DNA of 59,956 bases, the filler included, from Fonticula-like sp. SCN 57-25 (taxonomy: Eukaryota): assembly GCA_001724245.1 (NCBI GenBank). It is 10 parts of 10 records of this genome, joined end to end, with 100 filler letters (N's around TTAATTAATTAA, not from the genome) between each part and the next. Parts side by side here need not be neighbours in the genome. Positions count along the whole stretch, not along the records: positions 47,374 to 53,133 come from MEDX01000518.1; positions 53,234 to 59,956 come from MEDX01000519.1; 8 more parts are not named here. One strand, written 5' to 3'. The position numbers and the translations under genes were made by a program. Positions 47,374 to 59,879 of this stretch are shown here, in pieces; positions within the stretch are counted from its first letter, which is position 1, and each line of letters starts with the position of its first letter. The notes beneath the pieces were generated by a model that searched no databases, was not told where the DNA came from, and saw only the letters and a program-made list of their open reading frames with translations.

Positions 47374-48366
47374 ATGCGGTACCGCGCGAGCGGCCCGTAC
47401 GCCCCGCCTCCCCTGACGGCCACGTACGCGTGCGCGGCCGCCTCGATGGCGCGCCAGTCCTGCCCCGTGGCGAGCGCGACGGCGTCGACGCCGTTCATGA
47501 CGCCCTTGTTGTTTGTCACGGCGCGGAAGGGGTCGTCGGCCGCAAAGTAGAAAGCGTCCATGAGACGACGAGCGGCTTCGCCGCCAGAGACGTTTTCGCC
47601 GCTGCTGAGCTTGTTGACGGGAATGCGGAAGCCGGCGCGGGCGAGGCGGTGGACGGCGAGGTTGGAGAGGATGCGAAGGCCGGCGCGGCCGCCGCTCAGC
47701 TCCTGCAGCAGAGGAGCGACGCCTTCTGCGACAGAGTTGACCACATTCGCGCCCATGGCCTCGCACACGTCGACGAGAATGTGCACCACGAGGTAGTCGC
47801 GACGGGTCGCGGCGTCCACGCGCGGTTGAATGTGGCGCACTTCAATGTCGACGGCGCCGCCGCCGCGACTCACCATCGAGGCGCAAAAGCCGTTCGCCGC
47901 TTTGAGAATGTCGGCGCGCGCGGAGAGGAGGCGCTGAGAGGAGGCGGCGCAGTCGGCAATGTCGAGGAGCTGGACCTGGCCGATCATGATGTTGCGCTCG
48001 GTGTGCGAGCCGTTCAGGCCATCGGGGGACGAGCTCGAAAGCAGCTTGAAGGCATTCGAGACGGCGGCGATCACAGAGGGCTCTTCAACGCACATCGGAA
48101 CCGCGTACGGCTTGCCATTAAGGACCAGATTCAGTCCAAGGCCAAACGGAAGTCCCATCGTCCTACTCAAAGGGTCAGTATCGACACGACGAGATGACAG
48201 GCACGCACCCGATGCAGTTCTCCACCATGTTGTCCGCCATGGAAAGATCGAGGCCGTTCAATGGCCATGATGATCCTTCTGGGGCCACGCCGGGGAACTG
48301 AGCCCGCACAATAGCTTGCCGCTCATCGATCGACCGTTTGTAAAAGCCAGCCCACGGCGACGCCAT
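47374..48366 (-). CDS. Class II (prokaryote-type) HMG-CoA reductase, 3'-partial; intron 48163-48208
   Basis: GFYKRSIDER, ADNMVENCIG, VPMCVEEPSVIAA, MIGQVQ, EAMGANVVN, LRILSNL, RAVTNNKGVMNG, TGQDWRAIEA. Confidence 0.9.
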
Positions 48367-48452
48367 GTCCTCGTACGATGCAGTGGCGTGATCTCTTACG
48401 TGTATACACCCCTGATTCTACCCCTGACAGAAAGACTCTGCCCCGGATTGCA

Positions 48453-48896
48453 ATGGCGGACGACGATGTCTGGGCCGACGAGCCGGACGCCGAGTATGAG
48501 CGCGGGCGGGCGCGGCGCGACGAGCAGCGCCTCGAGAACCAGTTTAAGACAGTGGGGCTCCGCGAGGGCGTGAATGAGGGCAAGCGCGATCACGTTCAGC
48601 CAGGATTCAACCGCGGCTTCGCGGAAGGGTTGCCGGCGGGCATGCCGATCGGCCGCTTGCGTGGCATGGTGGTGACGCTTCGTGCGCTCGGGGCGCTGGA
48701 CGCGCTTGACGCTGAGCAACGTGCTGCTATTGACAATGCCGAGCGGCGTCTCATTCAGTTGGAGGACGGCAACGAAGTGTTTACAACAGAGTTCCTCGTG
48801 GATCCGCATTCAAAGGACGTCCCGCAGTGTGTGATCGAGGCAGTCGACGCGATGAAGGCAGCCCTTGCGCCAGTTCTGAAGAAGCAAAGCGAATAG
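48453..48896 (+). CDS. YAE1-like protein (Yae1/Lto1 deca-GX3 family)
   Basis: DDVW N-terminus; GLREGVNEGK...QPGFNRGFAEG...G...GRLRG. Confidence 0.8.
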   Translation: MADDDVWADEPDAEYERGRARRDEQRLENQFKTVGLREGVNEGKRDHVQPGFNRGFAEGLPAGMPIGRLRGMVVTLRALGALDALDAEQRAAIDNAERRLIQLEDGNEVFTTEFLVDPHSKDVPQCVIEAVDAMKAALAPVLKKQSE

Positions 48897-49171
48897 TCAA
48901 GCTTCTTTGTATAAAAAGTTGTACATTACTTGGTAATATTATTGTGTCAATAATGTTTCATCGTTGCTTACACAAGCAGATGGCGGGAACGAGCAAATGC
49001 ATATATGATGCGAATTCACTACGAGATCAACCTGTTGCACATACATAACAAGCACATTCTAAATGTACACGCATGTTCACGCCACGAGGACACTCTCAAT
49101 AATGGGCGGATATACCTAGACGTCAGTCGCTTCGGTCATCGCTTGTGTTCATCTCCACGTGGCCAATCACC

Positions 49172-49655
49172 ATGACGCTGACGGGCGATGAGCGCAGCGC
49201 CGTTCTCAAGGAGCACGACCAGTGGCTAGCGGGTGCGTCTATACACCTTTGTTCCTTCTCATTGTACTTACACGTAAGGTCTGCAGATATGGAGGAGCGG
49301 AAGAAGAAGGAGGGGATCCGGCCACACCGGTGTAATGGGCACGTTGAGGATTTCGTGCACGGCTTTTTCTCGACGCCGCGCGAGATCGTGGGCCCCTTCA
49401 AGACCCTTTTCAATTGCTTTACGTCCTCTGCAGAGTGCGCACTTCTCCTTTGCTTTCTTTTTATATTGATTCCGGTGGATCAATAGTACCGAGATCCCGC
49501 GGTACCAGTTCAAGGACGGGTCGCATGCCGATGACCGCTCGACGGGTCTCGAATCGTACATGAACCTCCAGTCGCATGCTCTATTGCGGCGCACCCCAGA
49601 GCCCGAAGGCAAGGACGACGCAAAGCCCACGCCGAGCGGCACATCTTCTAGCTAA
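49172..49655 (+). CDS. Small hypothetical protein, 3 exons
   Basis: ATG 49172 and two GTGCG...AG introns give a continuous frame to TAA 49653-49655. Confidence 0.55.
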
Positions 49656-49781
49656 TTACATGATTTTACGTTGTACAGAATCGGGTCCCTGTCGTTTATT
49701 GTTGGCAGCAGGCACTTTGTCCCAATACAAAATACACGCCTTTGGCTTCTATATCACATATATACACAGCTTTACGCCCCT

Positions 49782-50372
49782 TTAGTTTGCGAGGGACGGC
49801 GGCGGCACGACCGGCTTGCTCGTCACCGACACGAGCATGAGCTGCAGCGCAAACAGCCGCTCCCTCACCTCGGCCAGCGTCTTGCGCTTTGCCTCGACGC
49901 TCTATTCGTGACCAATTCAGCAAGGAAAGTATAAACAAAGTCTTTTGGCGCACCTCTTTGAGCGCGTCCCTCGTGGCGGCGAGCGTGTTGATGTCCGATT
50001 CCCTGTGCGGCGTATCGACCCTCCTCTGCAGCTCCTCGATCGCCTCGCCGAGCGCGATCACGGCGGCATCAAGCTCGGCCTGGTAGTCACGCGTGCGCCT
50101 CACCAGCGGCACCGGCGGCTCGACCACAAACTCTTGCTGCGCCTCGTCCACCGTCACGCCCTCTGGCCGCCCAAACTCGGCCGGGAACGTCCACACATCG
50201 CGCGATGCCAGCACGACGCGCTGCAGCAAGCCCTGTGCAGATCAAATGACCGTGTTAAAGCGGCAAATGTTAAAAAGTAGCAGCGCACCTCGGCCTCGTC
50301 AAGCAGCGCCAGCGTCGGCGTGTGCGCCACGCCGCCGCCCCTCGGCAGCCCACCGCCCGCCGCACTCAACAT
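49782..50372 (-). CDS. Small coiled-coil hypothetical protein, 3 exons
   Basis: ATG 50372, GTGCGC donors, helical segments DYQAELDAAVIALGEAIEEL and LAEVRERLFALQ. Confidence 0.6.
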
Positions 50373-50424
50373 GCGCAGATGATATGGTGTAAATATCAAA
50401 ACAACAAGCGACCCGTGCCTGGCC

Positions 50425-53133
50425 ATGGCAACACCCGCGGCGACACCTGCGGTGGCGGCGAGCGACGGCGCTTCGCCCGAAGTGACGGCGCTCAAGCAGA
50501 CCGTCAAGACGCTCCAGGCGGGTACGCCGGCTCTCTCTCTTTCGTCACTTGCTGATGCCGCGCAGATCTCGATGCCGCGCGGAGCACCATCACCGACCTC
50601 AAGAAGCAAAACTCGGCGCATCAGCTCGAGCAGCGCAAGCATCAAGGTACCGCCGCGCGTCCATTTTGAAGCATGTCTAACGTTAAATATTCAGCGCTCA
50701 AGCTGTTCAAGTCGGGCAAGCAAAAGACGCAGGAGGAGCTTGTCATGGAGCTCGAGGTGCTCCGCTCGCGCCTCGAGGAGCTCGAGTTTACCGAGCAGCA
50801 GAGCAGCGTCCAGCTGCAGTCGCTCAAGGACCACGTCCGCTCCATGTCGGACGCCAACGCGACGCTCACTGCCGACGCGAAAAAGGCAAAAGAACGCATC
50901 GCCGAGCTCGAGCGCGGCGGATCCCCCGCCATCGGCCAACTCGTCCAGACACAATCGAGCAGCAACCTGATCCAGACATCCGCCGCCGCAGAGGTACAAA
51001 TTCGGAATTCTTTTTATATATTGCTCACGCGCGAATAGACGGAAAAGCTGCAGAGCCAGGTCGATGCGCTCAACAAGGCGGCACAGGATCACGCGAGCCG
51101 CACGCGCGAGATGGAGGCGCAGCTTCGCTCGGATCGCGAGGCCATCGCCCGCATGGAGGCGCAGCTCGCACGCGTACGCCCTTGTTTTCCATTCCTTTTG
51201 CTCATATTCTGGTGAAAAGGCGCGCGAGATGAGCAGCGGTAACGTCAAGGAGCTGCAGGACAAGCTGGCGGCGGTCGAGAGCCAGCTTCGCGACGCCACC
51301 TCCAAGATCGAGGAGCAGAGCGCCAGCGCAGACGCCCAGTCAAAGGTAAGCCTCATATTTGGTTTTATTTGTGTCTAATTGTTGTGTAGATTATTCTTCA
51401 GCTGAACCAGAGGAAGACGCAGCTCGAGGCCGGGTGCAAGTCGCTACTTGAGACGCGTGGCAAGCTCGAGGCCGAAAACGAGACTCTCAAGGGTACGATT
51501 TATGACATGATATTGTAAACGGAAAAGTGAAATGCGTGTCTCTTGAGTGTATTTCATGTAATTTTCGTGTCATTTCCCTTCTTTTCGCCCTCCTTTTCCT
51601 ACTTTCTCACCCCCTTTTCAGATGAGAATTCCCGCATGACCACGACCGTCACCAACCTCAAATCCCAGCTGTCGTCGGCCCTCTCGCCCTCCCCCGACTC
51701 TGCCCCCGACCCTTCGCCCGCCCACGAGCAAGAGCTCGCCTCTCTCCGCGCTGACCTCGAAGCCGCCCAATCCGAACTCGCCGCCGCGCGCGCCGCCCTC
51801 GCCACCTCCAAAGGCGACCTTGCCGGCGCGCGCGCCCAGCTTGACGAGGCGCGCCACCAAATTTCCTCTTCTCAAGAGGCGCACGCGCAGCAAATCGAGT
51901 CACTTTCCGCGCGCGTTGCTGACGTCACTTCCCGCGCAAACCGCGACGCCGAAGCCGCCACGGCGGAGCTGCGCGCGGCGCGCGAGTCGGCCGAGGCGGC
52001 GCTGCAGTCGGCGGCCGAAGCAAAGGAAGGCGCCGCGGCCGCCGAGAGCGAATCAAACTCGCTGCGCGTGGCGCTGCAGGAAGCGCTCGGCCAATCAGAG
52101 GCGTCGGTTGTGACGCAGAACAGCGCAAAAGAAGAGGCAAAGCAGCTCAGCGCGCAGCTTGAGAATATGCGGACGGCGCACGTGGCCGAAAAAGAGGCGG
52201 CGCAGCGCGCGGCGCAGATGAGCGCGGCGGCCATGCAAAAGGCGGCCAAGGAGGCAGAGGAGCGCCACGTGGCAGAGATGAAGGAGGCAGAAGAGCGCCA
52301 CGTGGCGGCGATGGCTGAAGCTGAGGCGGCGCAAAAGGCGGCGCAGTTGGCGGAAGAGGCGGCGCAGCGTCAGCATGAAAAGGAGATGAATGAGATTGGC
52401 GAGACGCTGCTGGAGACGTCGCATAAGCACCAAAAGCAGGTGGCGGAGTTGATGGAGGAGCAGGCGGTGCTGCAGGAAAAGGCGGCAAAGGCGGCGGAGG
52501 CGATGAAGGAGAAGGAGGCGATTATCCAAGAGAGCACGGCAAAGATCGGTACGGAAAATTGAAACATAGATGTAATATGCTATGTTTGAAGATTGTCGTG
52601 TGGTATGTGTTGTTGTTTCCATGTATATTTTGAGTACACTGTGTGTCATTTTTGTGTCTTTCCGTGCCATTTTTTTAACTTTTCTCTCTACTTCTCTCTC
52701 TTCTAACATCTCTTTTAGCTTCTCTTGAATCTGAAATTGCCGCTCTTCAAAAGACGGTTGATGCGAGCGACGAAGCCTGGAACGCCAAATCGGCCGAACT
52801 CGCCACTGCCATTCGCAACGCCGAAGCCGGTTCGTCTTTTTTTTATACATTTTCTCTATCATTCTTATGTCATTTTGCGTCATTTCCCAATCACTTTTCC
52901 TCACTTTTCTCTATCATTTTCCTATCATTTTTCATATCAATTTCCCTTGCTGACCCTTTCTCTTCTCCAGCTGCCGATGAAAAAGTCAAGGCACTTGAAG
53001 AGAAATCCGCCGCCGACGCTGACGTCATCGCCTACAAGAACAAGACAATTAACGAGCAGAATGACGAGCTGACCGCCGTCAAGGCCGAAAATGCGCGCCT
53101 GGCGCCGCTCACCGACCGCGTGGCGTCACTTGA
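50425..53133 (+). CDS. Long coiled-coil protein, multi-exon, 3'-partial
   Basis: Consecutive heptad-rich Ala/Glu/Gln/Lys exons separated by GT-AG introns. Confidence 0.75.
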
Positions 53134-53893
53134 NNNNNNNNNNNNNNNNNNNNNNNNNNNNNNNNNNNNNNNNNNNNTTAATTAATTAANNNNNNNNNNN
53201 NNNNNNNNNNNNNNNNNNNNNNNNNNNNNNNNNAATACACGAAAATTAATAACATTGCGGCAAGACGCAGTAGCAATAATACCACCAATAAACGTAGTGC
53301 ACTAGACGTCTTCTAAATTGTTTGAGCCCCGGTTATAGTGCTAAAGGGAGACCCTCGAAAGCTGTAAATCGCGCCCACATAGAATCGCAATAGGAGGAGA
53401 GACTTAAACACTAGCGTCGCACTGCTCCTCGCCGCTGGACCCAACAACGCTTAGCGAAGAGCACAGCTCCAAAGCCAAAGACAAAGCTGCGCAGGACAAC
53501 GGCGAAAGCAAAAGCGTGATGACTTCACAAAATCTCATTGCGCGGCAATAGATGATGTTGGCGGCATACCATGACGAGAGTAATTCTCGTCCCGCACCCA
53601 TCGCCACTCGACTCAAAATCTTCACCGCCCACTACCAAGTTATGGAAAATATTGTGTGTGAGCACACTGAAAAGAAAGGGTAAAGCGAGCGCACTCCTCC
53701 TCTTCAGCGCCCACACAATCGCCTCGATCGATCAAATCCACAAGAGATCTTGCGACGCCAGCCCCAGAATGAGGCTCAGAATCGCTTCCATCTAAAGCAA
53801 GCGCTTCCATACTACTTTGCCCCAAGTCTCAGAAAAACGGTGTGGCATCTTTTACGGCATCATCTACGTTTTCAACGTCGGCATCGGCATCGG

Positions 53894-53981
53894 CATCGGC
53901 ATCATCGAGCATCTCGATGTCTGCAGAATTTGAACACCATCGGCATCATCGAGCATCTCGATGTCTGCAGAATTTGAACAC
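53894..53981. repeat. Perfect 44-bp tandem duplication preceded by (GGCATC)n
   Basis: 53894-53937 is identical to 53938-53981. Confidence 0.9.
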
Positions 53982-54477
53982 GTAAATAGAAAAAGTCTGC
54001 GGTTCTTCTCCGTATCGCCTTCCAAACACCATCATTAGCTTCACCCATGAACCCCCCTCAGGTTTCTGTCTTTGATGACTTGGTAGGCCTTAAGCCTGTG
54101 TGCAGCCTTGCGTTTAAAGTCAGCGCACTCCGGATTGCTCGACCAAGGTGAGGTGAGGGAAAACTGGCGCGCCGTGCTGCAAGTCGAGACATCCCAGGCA
54201 ATGGTCATATTAAACAAAACCTCATAAACACAGCAACAAATTGACGTAAAGAAAATTGAAATAGAGACCAAAATGGATGACCAAAATGGATGAGCTACAG
54301 GAGCTCAAGGCGCTCGATGACCCGTCGCCCGCGCCTCCAATCTGAGGTCGGTTTCGGTCCGTCTCCGACTATGATCGGATTTTGCCATTTTATATGCACC
54401 CTTATCCCTTGTGCTGCCCTTGTGTGGTGTGAAAAGTCAGTTTGCAGGTGCAAACTGTGCAAACTGCAAACTGCAGG

Positions 54478-55368
54478 ATGGGTGAGCGGCCGTCGAGCGT
54501 CGCGCAGTACGGCAATCGGCAGCTGGAGGACGAGGCGAATGTCTTTGAGCACAATGCCTGGGACAATGTAAAGTGGACCGAGGAGATGGAGCAGCAGGCG
54601 TCCGAGGTTGTCGCGCGCCAGCACGAGCGCGCGGTCTCGGCGGAGAAGGCGGCGCGCATCGTCGACAGCGCGGCCGGCCACTGGGATGCCTTTTACCGTC
54701 AGCACGCGAACCGCTTCTTCAAGGATCGCCACTGGCTCCGCATCGAATTCCCCGAGCTGTTCCCCGCCGAGCCGCTCGCAAAGCCGTTCCGCGTGCTCGA
54801 GGTCGGCTGCGGCGCAGGCAACACGGTGTTTCCGCTGCTCGAAGCGGTCGCCGACCCCAACTACCACGTGGTCGCCTGCGACTTTGCCGCGTCGGCTGTC
54901 GAGGTGGTGCGCGCCAACCCGCTGTATGCCGGCAAGCGCTGCACCGCGTTTGTGTGGGACGCCGCCAAGGAGGACCAGCCGCTCGATCTGATCCCCGACG
55001 GGAGCATTGACGTTGCGGTGCTGATCTTTGTGCTGTCGGCGATGCACCCCGGCGACTTTGACGCCGCCCTGGCGCGTCTGTACCGCGCCCTGGCGCCCGG
55101 CGGCGTGCTCCTGTTCCGCGACTATGGGCAGTACGACCTGGCGCAGCTGCGCTTCAAGGACGGCCACTGCCTTGGCGGCGGCTTTTACGCCCGCGGCGAC
55201 GGCACCTGCGTGTACTTTTTCAGCCAGGCCGACGTTGAGCGCCTTGCCGCCACGGCCGGCTTTACCGTCGAGCAGTCGGCCGCCGACCGGAGACTCATCG
55301 TCAACAGAGGGAAAAAGCTCCAGATGCAGCGCGTCTGGATCCAGGCAAAGCTCCGCAAGCCATTGTAA
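54478..55368 (+). CDS. tRNA m3C32 methyltransferase (METTL2/Trm140 family), intronless
   Basis: YGNRQL...VFEHNAWDNVKW, FFKDRHWLRIEFPEL, LEVGCGAGNTVFP, IFVLSA, FRDYGQYDLAQLRF, ARGDGT. Confidence 0.92.
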   Translation: MGERPSSVAQYGNRQLEDEANVFEHNAWDNVKWTEEMEQQASEVVARQHERAVSAEKAARIVDSAAGHWDAFYRQHANRFFKDRHWLRIEFPELFPAEPLAKPFRVLEVGCGAGNTVFPLLEAVADPNYHVVACDFAASAVEVVRANPLYAGKRCTAFVWDAAKEDQPLDLIPDGSIDVAVLIFVLSAMHPGDFDAALARLYRALAPGGVLLFRDYGQYDLAQLRFKDGHCLGGGFYARGDGTCVYFFSQADVERLAATAGFTVEQSAADRRLIVNRGKKLQMQRVWIQAKLRKPL

Positions 55369-55455
55369 ATGTGTGTCTGCGTGTTTCTGCTCGTGTTTTG
55401 TAACCAATGTGTATAGTATATTGCAATATAATAAGGGCGGCTCGATCGCTTTGTT

Positions 55456-57454
55456 TTACAGTTGCTTGACAAAGTCAAAGTTTGCCGGGGGCGGCGGGAT
55501 GGTCGGCTGCTCGTCCGGGATGTTGAGCTTGTGCAGCTTCATCTCGAGGGTGCGCGTCTTGACCTCAATCTCGGTGATTTCCGTAATGTAGGCCGTCAAT
55601 TTGTGGAAGAGCTTTGCGTCGCCCTTTTCGATGAGCGACGAGTCCTTGTCGAGGATGATCCGCAGGCCCTCGGCCCATTCGGTGAGCTGATTGGGGTCGC
55701 TGACGACAAGGTCGGCGATGGACGTCCCCGCCTCGTGCCCGACCAGCGAGATGGTGCTCGAGGTGGACGTCGGCGTCGGCTCGTTCGGCCGCCCGCCGGC
55801 AGACTGGCTGGCCGAGCTCGACCCGACAGCAATGTCGACCACCATAGAGAGGTCAATCTTTTCCGTGAGCGCCTGGAGCGGCGGCTTCTCGGCCGTCTTT
55901 TCGGGGAACTCGGCGTAGTGCAGGTTCTTCATGTTGGGCGACAGGCGGTAGAACCGGAAGCCGCTCACCTTGCCACGCACATTGTGCGTCGCAAACCAGT
56001 CGCCGTTCAGGAGGCACTTGGTGCGCTGCCGGCGCATAAAATCAATGCTCTCCTGGTGGATGCGCTTTGACAGCTCCTTGACGGGCGCCTTGGTGACCAG
56101 GTCGTCGTCGGCCTCCATCCGCGTCATGAGACGCTTGCGAACATCCTGGACAGGCACGTGAAGAAGCGACCGCCCGTAAGAGTCCATCGACGCGTCAGTA
56201 TTAAGGCGGGCAAAGTCCAGCTGCGTCACGAGCAACACAGTCACCAAGTTCTGCAAAAAAAAGGGCAAAGAAACGGGGGCGCAGCGTTAGCAAAAGGTCT
56301 GATAAACAAAAAAAGCATTGTACCGCATCGCCCTCGCGCGCCATCTCGGTCCACATCTTGAGGAAGCTCTGCATGCAGAGGGAAAAGAGCTCCTCGAGCG
56401 CAAACAAAACCGGCAGCCTTGCGCTCTTGTGTGGCTTGGAGCTGTCTTTGGCGTCCTTCTTGTCGGCACTGACGTCGTGCTCGAGGTCGCTAAAGTGCTT
56501 CACCATGGCCTTGGTGACCTCGACGGCCGAAAAGACAAGCGAGCACGTTCCGGCGCCGACCTGCATCTGCTGCAGGTGCTTTTTAAAGTGGTCCCTGTCC
56601 TTGCGCGCGTAGTGGGCGAGCTGCTCGAGGCCGAGGAGACCCGCGCCCTTGAACTCTTCCTGCACGTTGTCTGTCCGGCACCCGAGCTCGATGGCTGTCT
56701 TGGCCTCGGCGGCCGCGAGGATCTCGTCAAAGAGCCGGCGGTGGTCGGCCTTGCGGAGGTCCACCGGCGTGGCGCTCCGCCGCGAGTACTCGCGGTAGAG
56801 CAGGCGCTGGAACTTTAGCAGCTCGCGCTCAATGTCGCCGCCCTTTTCCAGGGGGTCGCGCGCAAGCTGCTGAAGGCGAAAGAGCGCGCGGCGGCAGTGC
56901 AGCGCCTCCATGCGGTCGAAAAAGGCAGACTGCTGGTGATCCGTCGCCGCAGAGTAGAGCGCATTGATGAGCACGATGCTGTTGAGCTGCTGCTGATGCT
57001 CCGAATCGCCAGTGTGCTTGATCACCTCCGCGTACGTCGTGTCGCCGTTCTTGGTCACAATGTCGTGGATAACCGAAAAGCCATACTTCTTCGACGTCAC
57101 AAGCTTGGCGACAATGGCGGTCGCGGAGCGGTTGACGGTGATGTTGGCGCTCGAGATGAAGCCGACCAGGGCCGTGAGAAAATCAATCGAGAGATCGTCC
57201 CAACCGTCCTTTTGCCCGACAATCTCCTCAAAGGCCACAAGCGCATACGCCTGCTCGTTCGTCCCGGATCCCTTCATGATGACGTCCCTGAGCGTCGCAA
57301 CGCCGCCCAAGCGGATAAACTCTTGGCGGTACTGCTCGTCCTTTAGCGACGCAGAGAGCATGAAGGCCGCCTTCTTGCGGTTCGCATCATCGCGAAGATC
57401 TGCAATGGCCTTCTCCGGAGGCACAGAAATAGTCTTTGCTGCCGGCGGGTCCAT
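55456..57454 (-). CDS. ELMO/CED-12-like protein (ARM-like region, ELMO domain, PH domain, polyproline tail); intron 56251-56323
   Basis: EFKGAGLLGLEQL; FMRRQRTKCLLNGDWF...FYRLSPNMKNLHY; EWAEGLRIIL; IPPPPANFDF. Confidence 0.85.
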
Positions 57455-57653
57455 ATCTACTCTTCCGGTGCGCCAGTCGACGAGAGAACAGCGGCAGGCA
57501 CAGAAGCAGCAGGCACACGTAGAGCCAAAGCAGCTGGCAGCAAAAAACAATGCTTGTCGCTTTGATTGGTCGGAATCAGCCAATCGGTGCGAAGATCCAA
57601 ATTCTCAAGTTTGAACATTCCGTGTGCAGGGCAGAGGTGTCTCCTGCTCAGCC

Positions 57654-58202
57654 ATGTTGCTGGGTCTGTCGCTGACGACCGAGCTGGCGACGTGCATCGC
57701 GGCTTGGTCGCTCATAGGCAGGCTCATTCGCGGCGACCAGTCTGCGGTGGTGAGCGAGCATGTGTCGTCCCTGTCGTGGCAGGTGACGCAGATGAGCGAA
57801 GGGCTGGTCGGCATCGCCTTTGCCCTCGTCATGGTCTACTGGGTGCCCGTTTTGGCGGCGACGGTGTACGACCTGCGCATGCGCAGCAAGATCATCCAGC
57901 CGCCGTACTTTCAGCGCTCCACCTTTTATATTGGGCTATTTGCGCTCTTTACGGTGATCAAGGCGCTGCTCGTTGTCCTCACGCTCGTCCTTCTGTCGTA
58001 CCCCGCCGCGGACCTCTCGGCGGCCACCGCCAATCAGCTCTTCAAGACCGATTTCATGGAGGCGACCGTCTTTCAGGAAGCCAGCAGCGTCCTGGCGTCG
58101 GCCCAGACGGCGCTGATCGTGTGGCTCGCCATCCACGCAATCGACCTGTTTGGCGCCGCGTACAATCTCGGCGCCGAGCACACGGCCCGGAAGAACAAGT
58201 AG
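57654..58202 (+). CDS. Hypothetical membrane protein with about four TM helices
   Basis: Four hydrophobic segments; GC-rich third positions. Confidence 0.65.
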   Translation: MLLGLSLTTELATCIAAWSLIGRLIRGDQSAVVSEHVSSLSWQVTQMSEGLVGIAFALVMVYWVPVLAATVYDLRMRSKIIQPPYFQRSTFYIGLFALFTVIKALLVVLTLVLLSYPAADLSAATANQLFKTDFMEATVFQEASSVLASAQTALIVWLAIHAIDLFGAAYNLGAEHTARKNK

Positions 58203-58369
58203 CCGGATCGCATTGATCCGCTGCTCCGAGCAAGCTCGTGAAGTTACCGCCTGTTGTGTACATTCGTTGATGTTTTTTGCACTGTTGTAATAAAATTTTG
58301 GTCATTTCGAATTGCGAGTTGATTTCGTTCCACCACGCTGATCACGTCAGCAAGTCCACTGCATCAACC

Positions 58370-59132
58370 ATGTCGGTGATGATCGATCCGGGCGCGCTGC
58401 CGATGGTGGCGCCGCCGGCAGCGGTGCGTCGCAATGTGTGTGTATTTTTGGGGAGCAGGAGCGGCGCTTCGCCGGCGTTCTTTGCCAACGCGCGGCAGTT
58501 CGGTACGGCTGTTTGTCATCGTGGATGAGCTGATCTTTAACTGATGCAGGCGAGCTGATCGCGGAGCGCGGCCTCGGGCTTGTTTACGGCGGCGCGGCGG
58601 TGGGCTGCATGGGAGCCGTCGCGGACGGGGCGCTCAGTAAAGGCGGGCACGTCCTCGGCATCATCCCTCGCTTCATGGACCAAGAGGCCGAGACCGTGCA
58701 TCGGTGCGTCATCGCGTGGCTTCCCTCTCTTTTTGGTTCCCAGCATCTAACCCTCATGCGGCGTAAAGCGGGCTTCCTGAGCTTGTCCTTGTGGACTCGA
58801 TGCACGAGCGCAAGCTTCTGATGGCCAACAACAGCGACGCCTTTGTGACGCTGCCCGGCGGCATCGGCACGCTCGAGGAGGTGTTTGAGATCCTTACGTG
58901 GCGCCAGCTCAAGCTGCACAACAAGCCCATCTACTTTTTGAACGTGAACGGCTTCTTTGACCCGCTGCGCACTATGCTCCTGGCGGCCGTCACGAGCGGC
59001 TTCTTTGACCAGGAGAGTGTCGACGAGATCGTCTTTGAGAGCGATCCCGCTGCTCTTGCCGACCGCGTCAAGGCGGACGTCGTGGCCGCGGCATCACTGA
59101 CAAGGAGGCTGTCGATGTCGTCGAGGACGTAA
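58370..59132 (+). CDS. LOG family nucleotide phosphoribohydrolase, 3 exons
   Basis: [47 protein letters not shown]. Confidence 0.92.
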
Positions 59133-59852
59133 GGAGCGGGAGCGGAACGCCTTGTGGGAACCATAAATGGAATGCCTTGTGGGACCCTTGAAGGACGTGT
59201 GAACCTCCAGCCACTTTTTTTCATATATTTTTATGCTCATTTTTTCAAAGCACGAACCAATACATGGTCACACTCGATATGGTCACATTGAATGTGCTCG
59301 ACTACGTTTTGCATGGGGCTTGACCAAGAGCTCAAGGCACATATGTTTGGCGCCCAAAAAGAACAAAGCGAACGAAGAACAACGTGGGCCAGGATCGCGT
59401 GCCGCATACTGTACAACTGCGGATACCACAAAAGAACACCTTGAGCAGCTGCATACACTGAACTGAACGGCTGTGCATTGCATAAAAATACAGAAACGCA
59501 AAGGGGGCCATTTTTAGTTGATCACGTGATAAGGGTCGATTTTTGCCGAATATTCATAGATAGTAAGGCTCCTACCGTGCCTAAAATATTTCAGCTTCCA
59601 GAGAGCGATCAATGGGCTCAGTGCGGAAAAAGAGGTCACTTTGAAAAAGGGCGTTTGGGACAGACAAAATTTTTCGCGCCGCCAATGTGTCACCAACCGT
59701 GTCACCCACATCAATCCATAAGAAATACTGGCTGTAAGTTTCTCGGAATGATCATGCGCGATAAAGGGGGGGCGACCCCCACCCTACCCCCCGAACCCTT
59801 AGAGATCTGAAAACTGGAGGGGCAGTGAACTGGGACTTTAACGCGCGCGATG

Positions 59853-59879
59853 TGGCCCTCCCAATTTTTGGGAGGGCCA
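59853..59879. repeat. Perfect 12-bp inverted repeat with a 3-nt loop
   Basis: TGGCCCTCCCAA-TTT-TTGGGAGGGCCA. Confidence 0.85.

Noticed and set aside
53404..53810. Possible small spliced minus-strand gene (MEALALDG...)
   Set aside because: Splice phases could not be reconciled confidently and no family was recognised.
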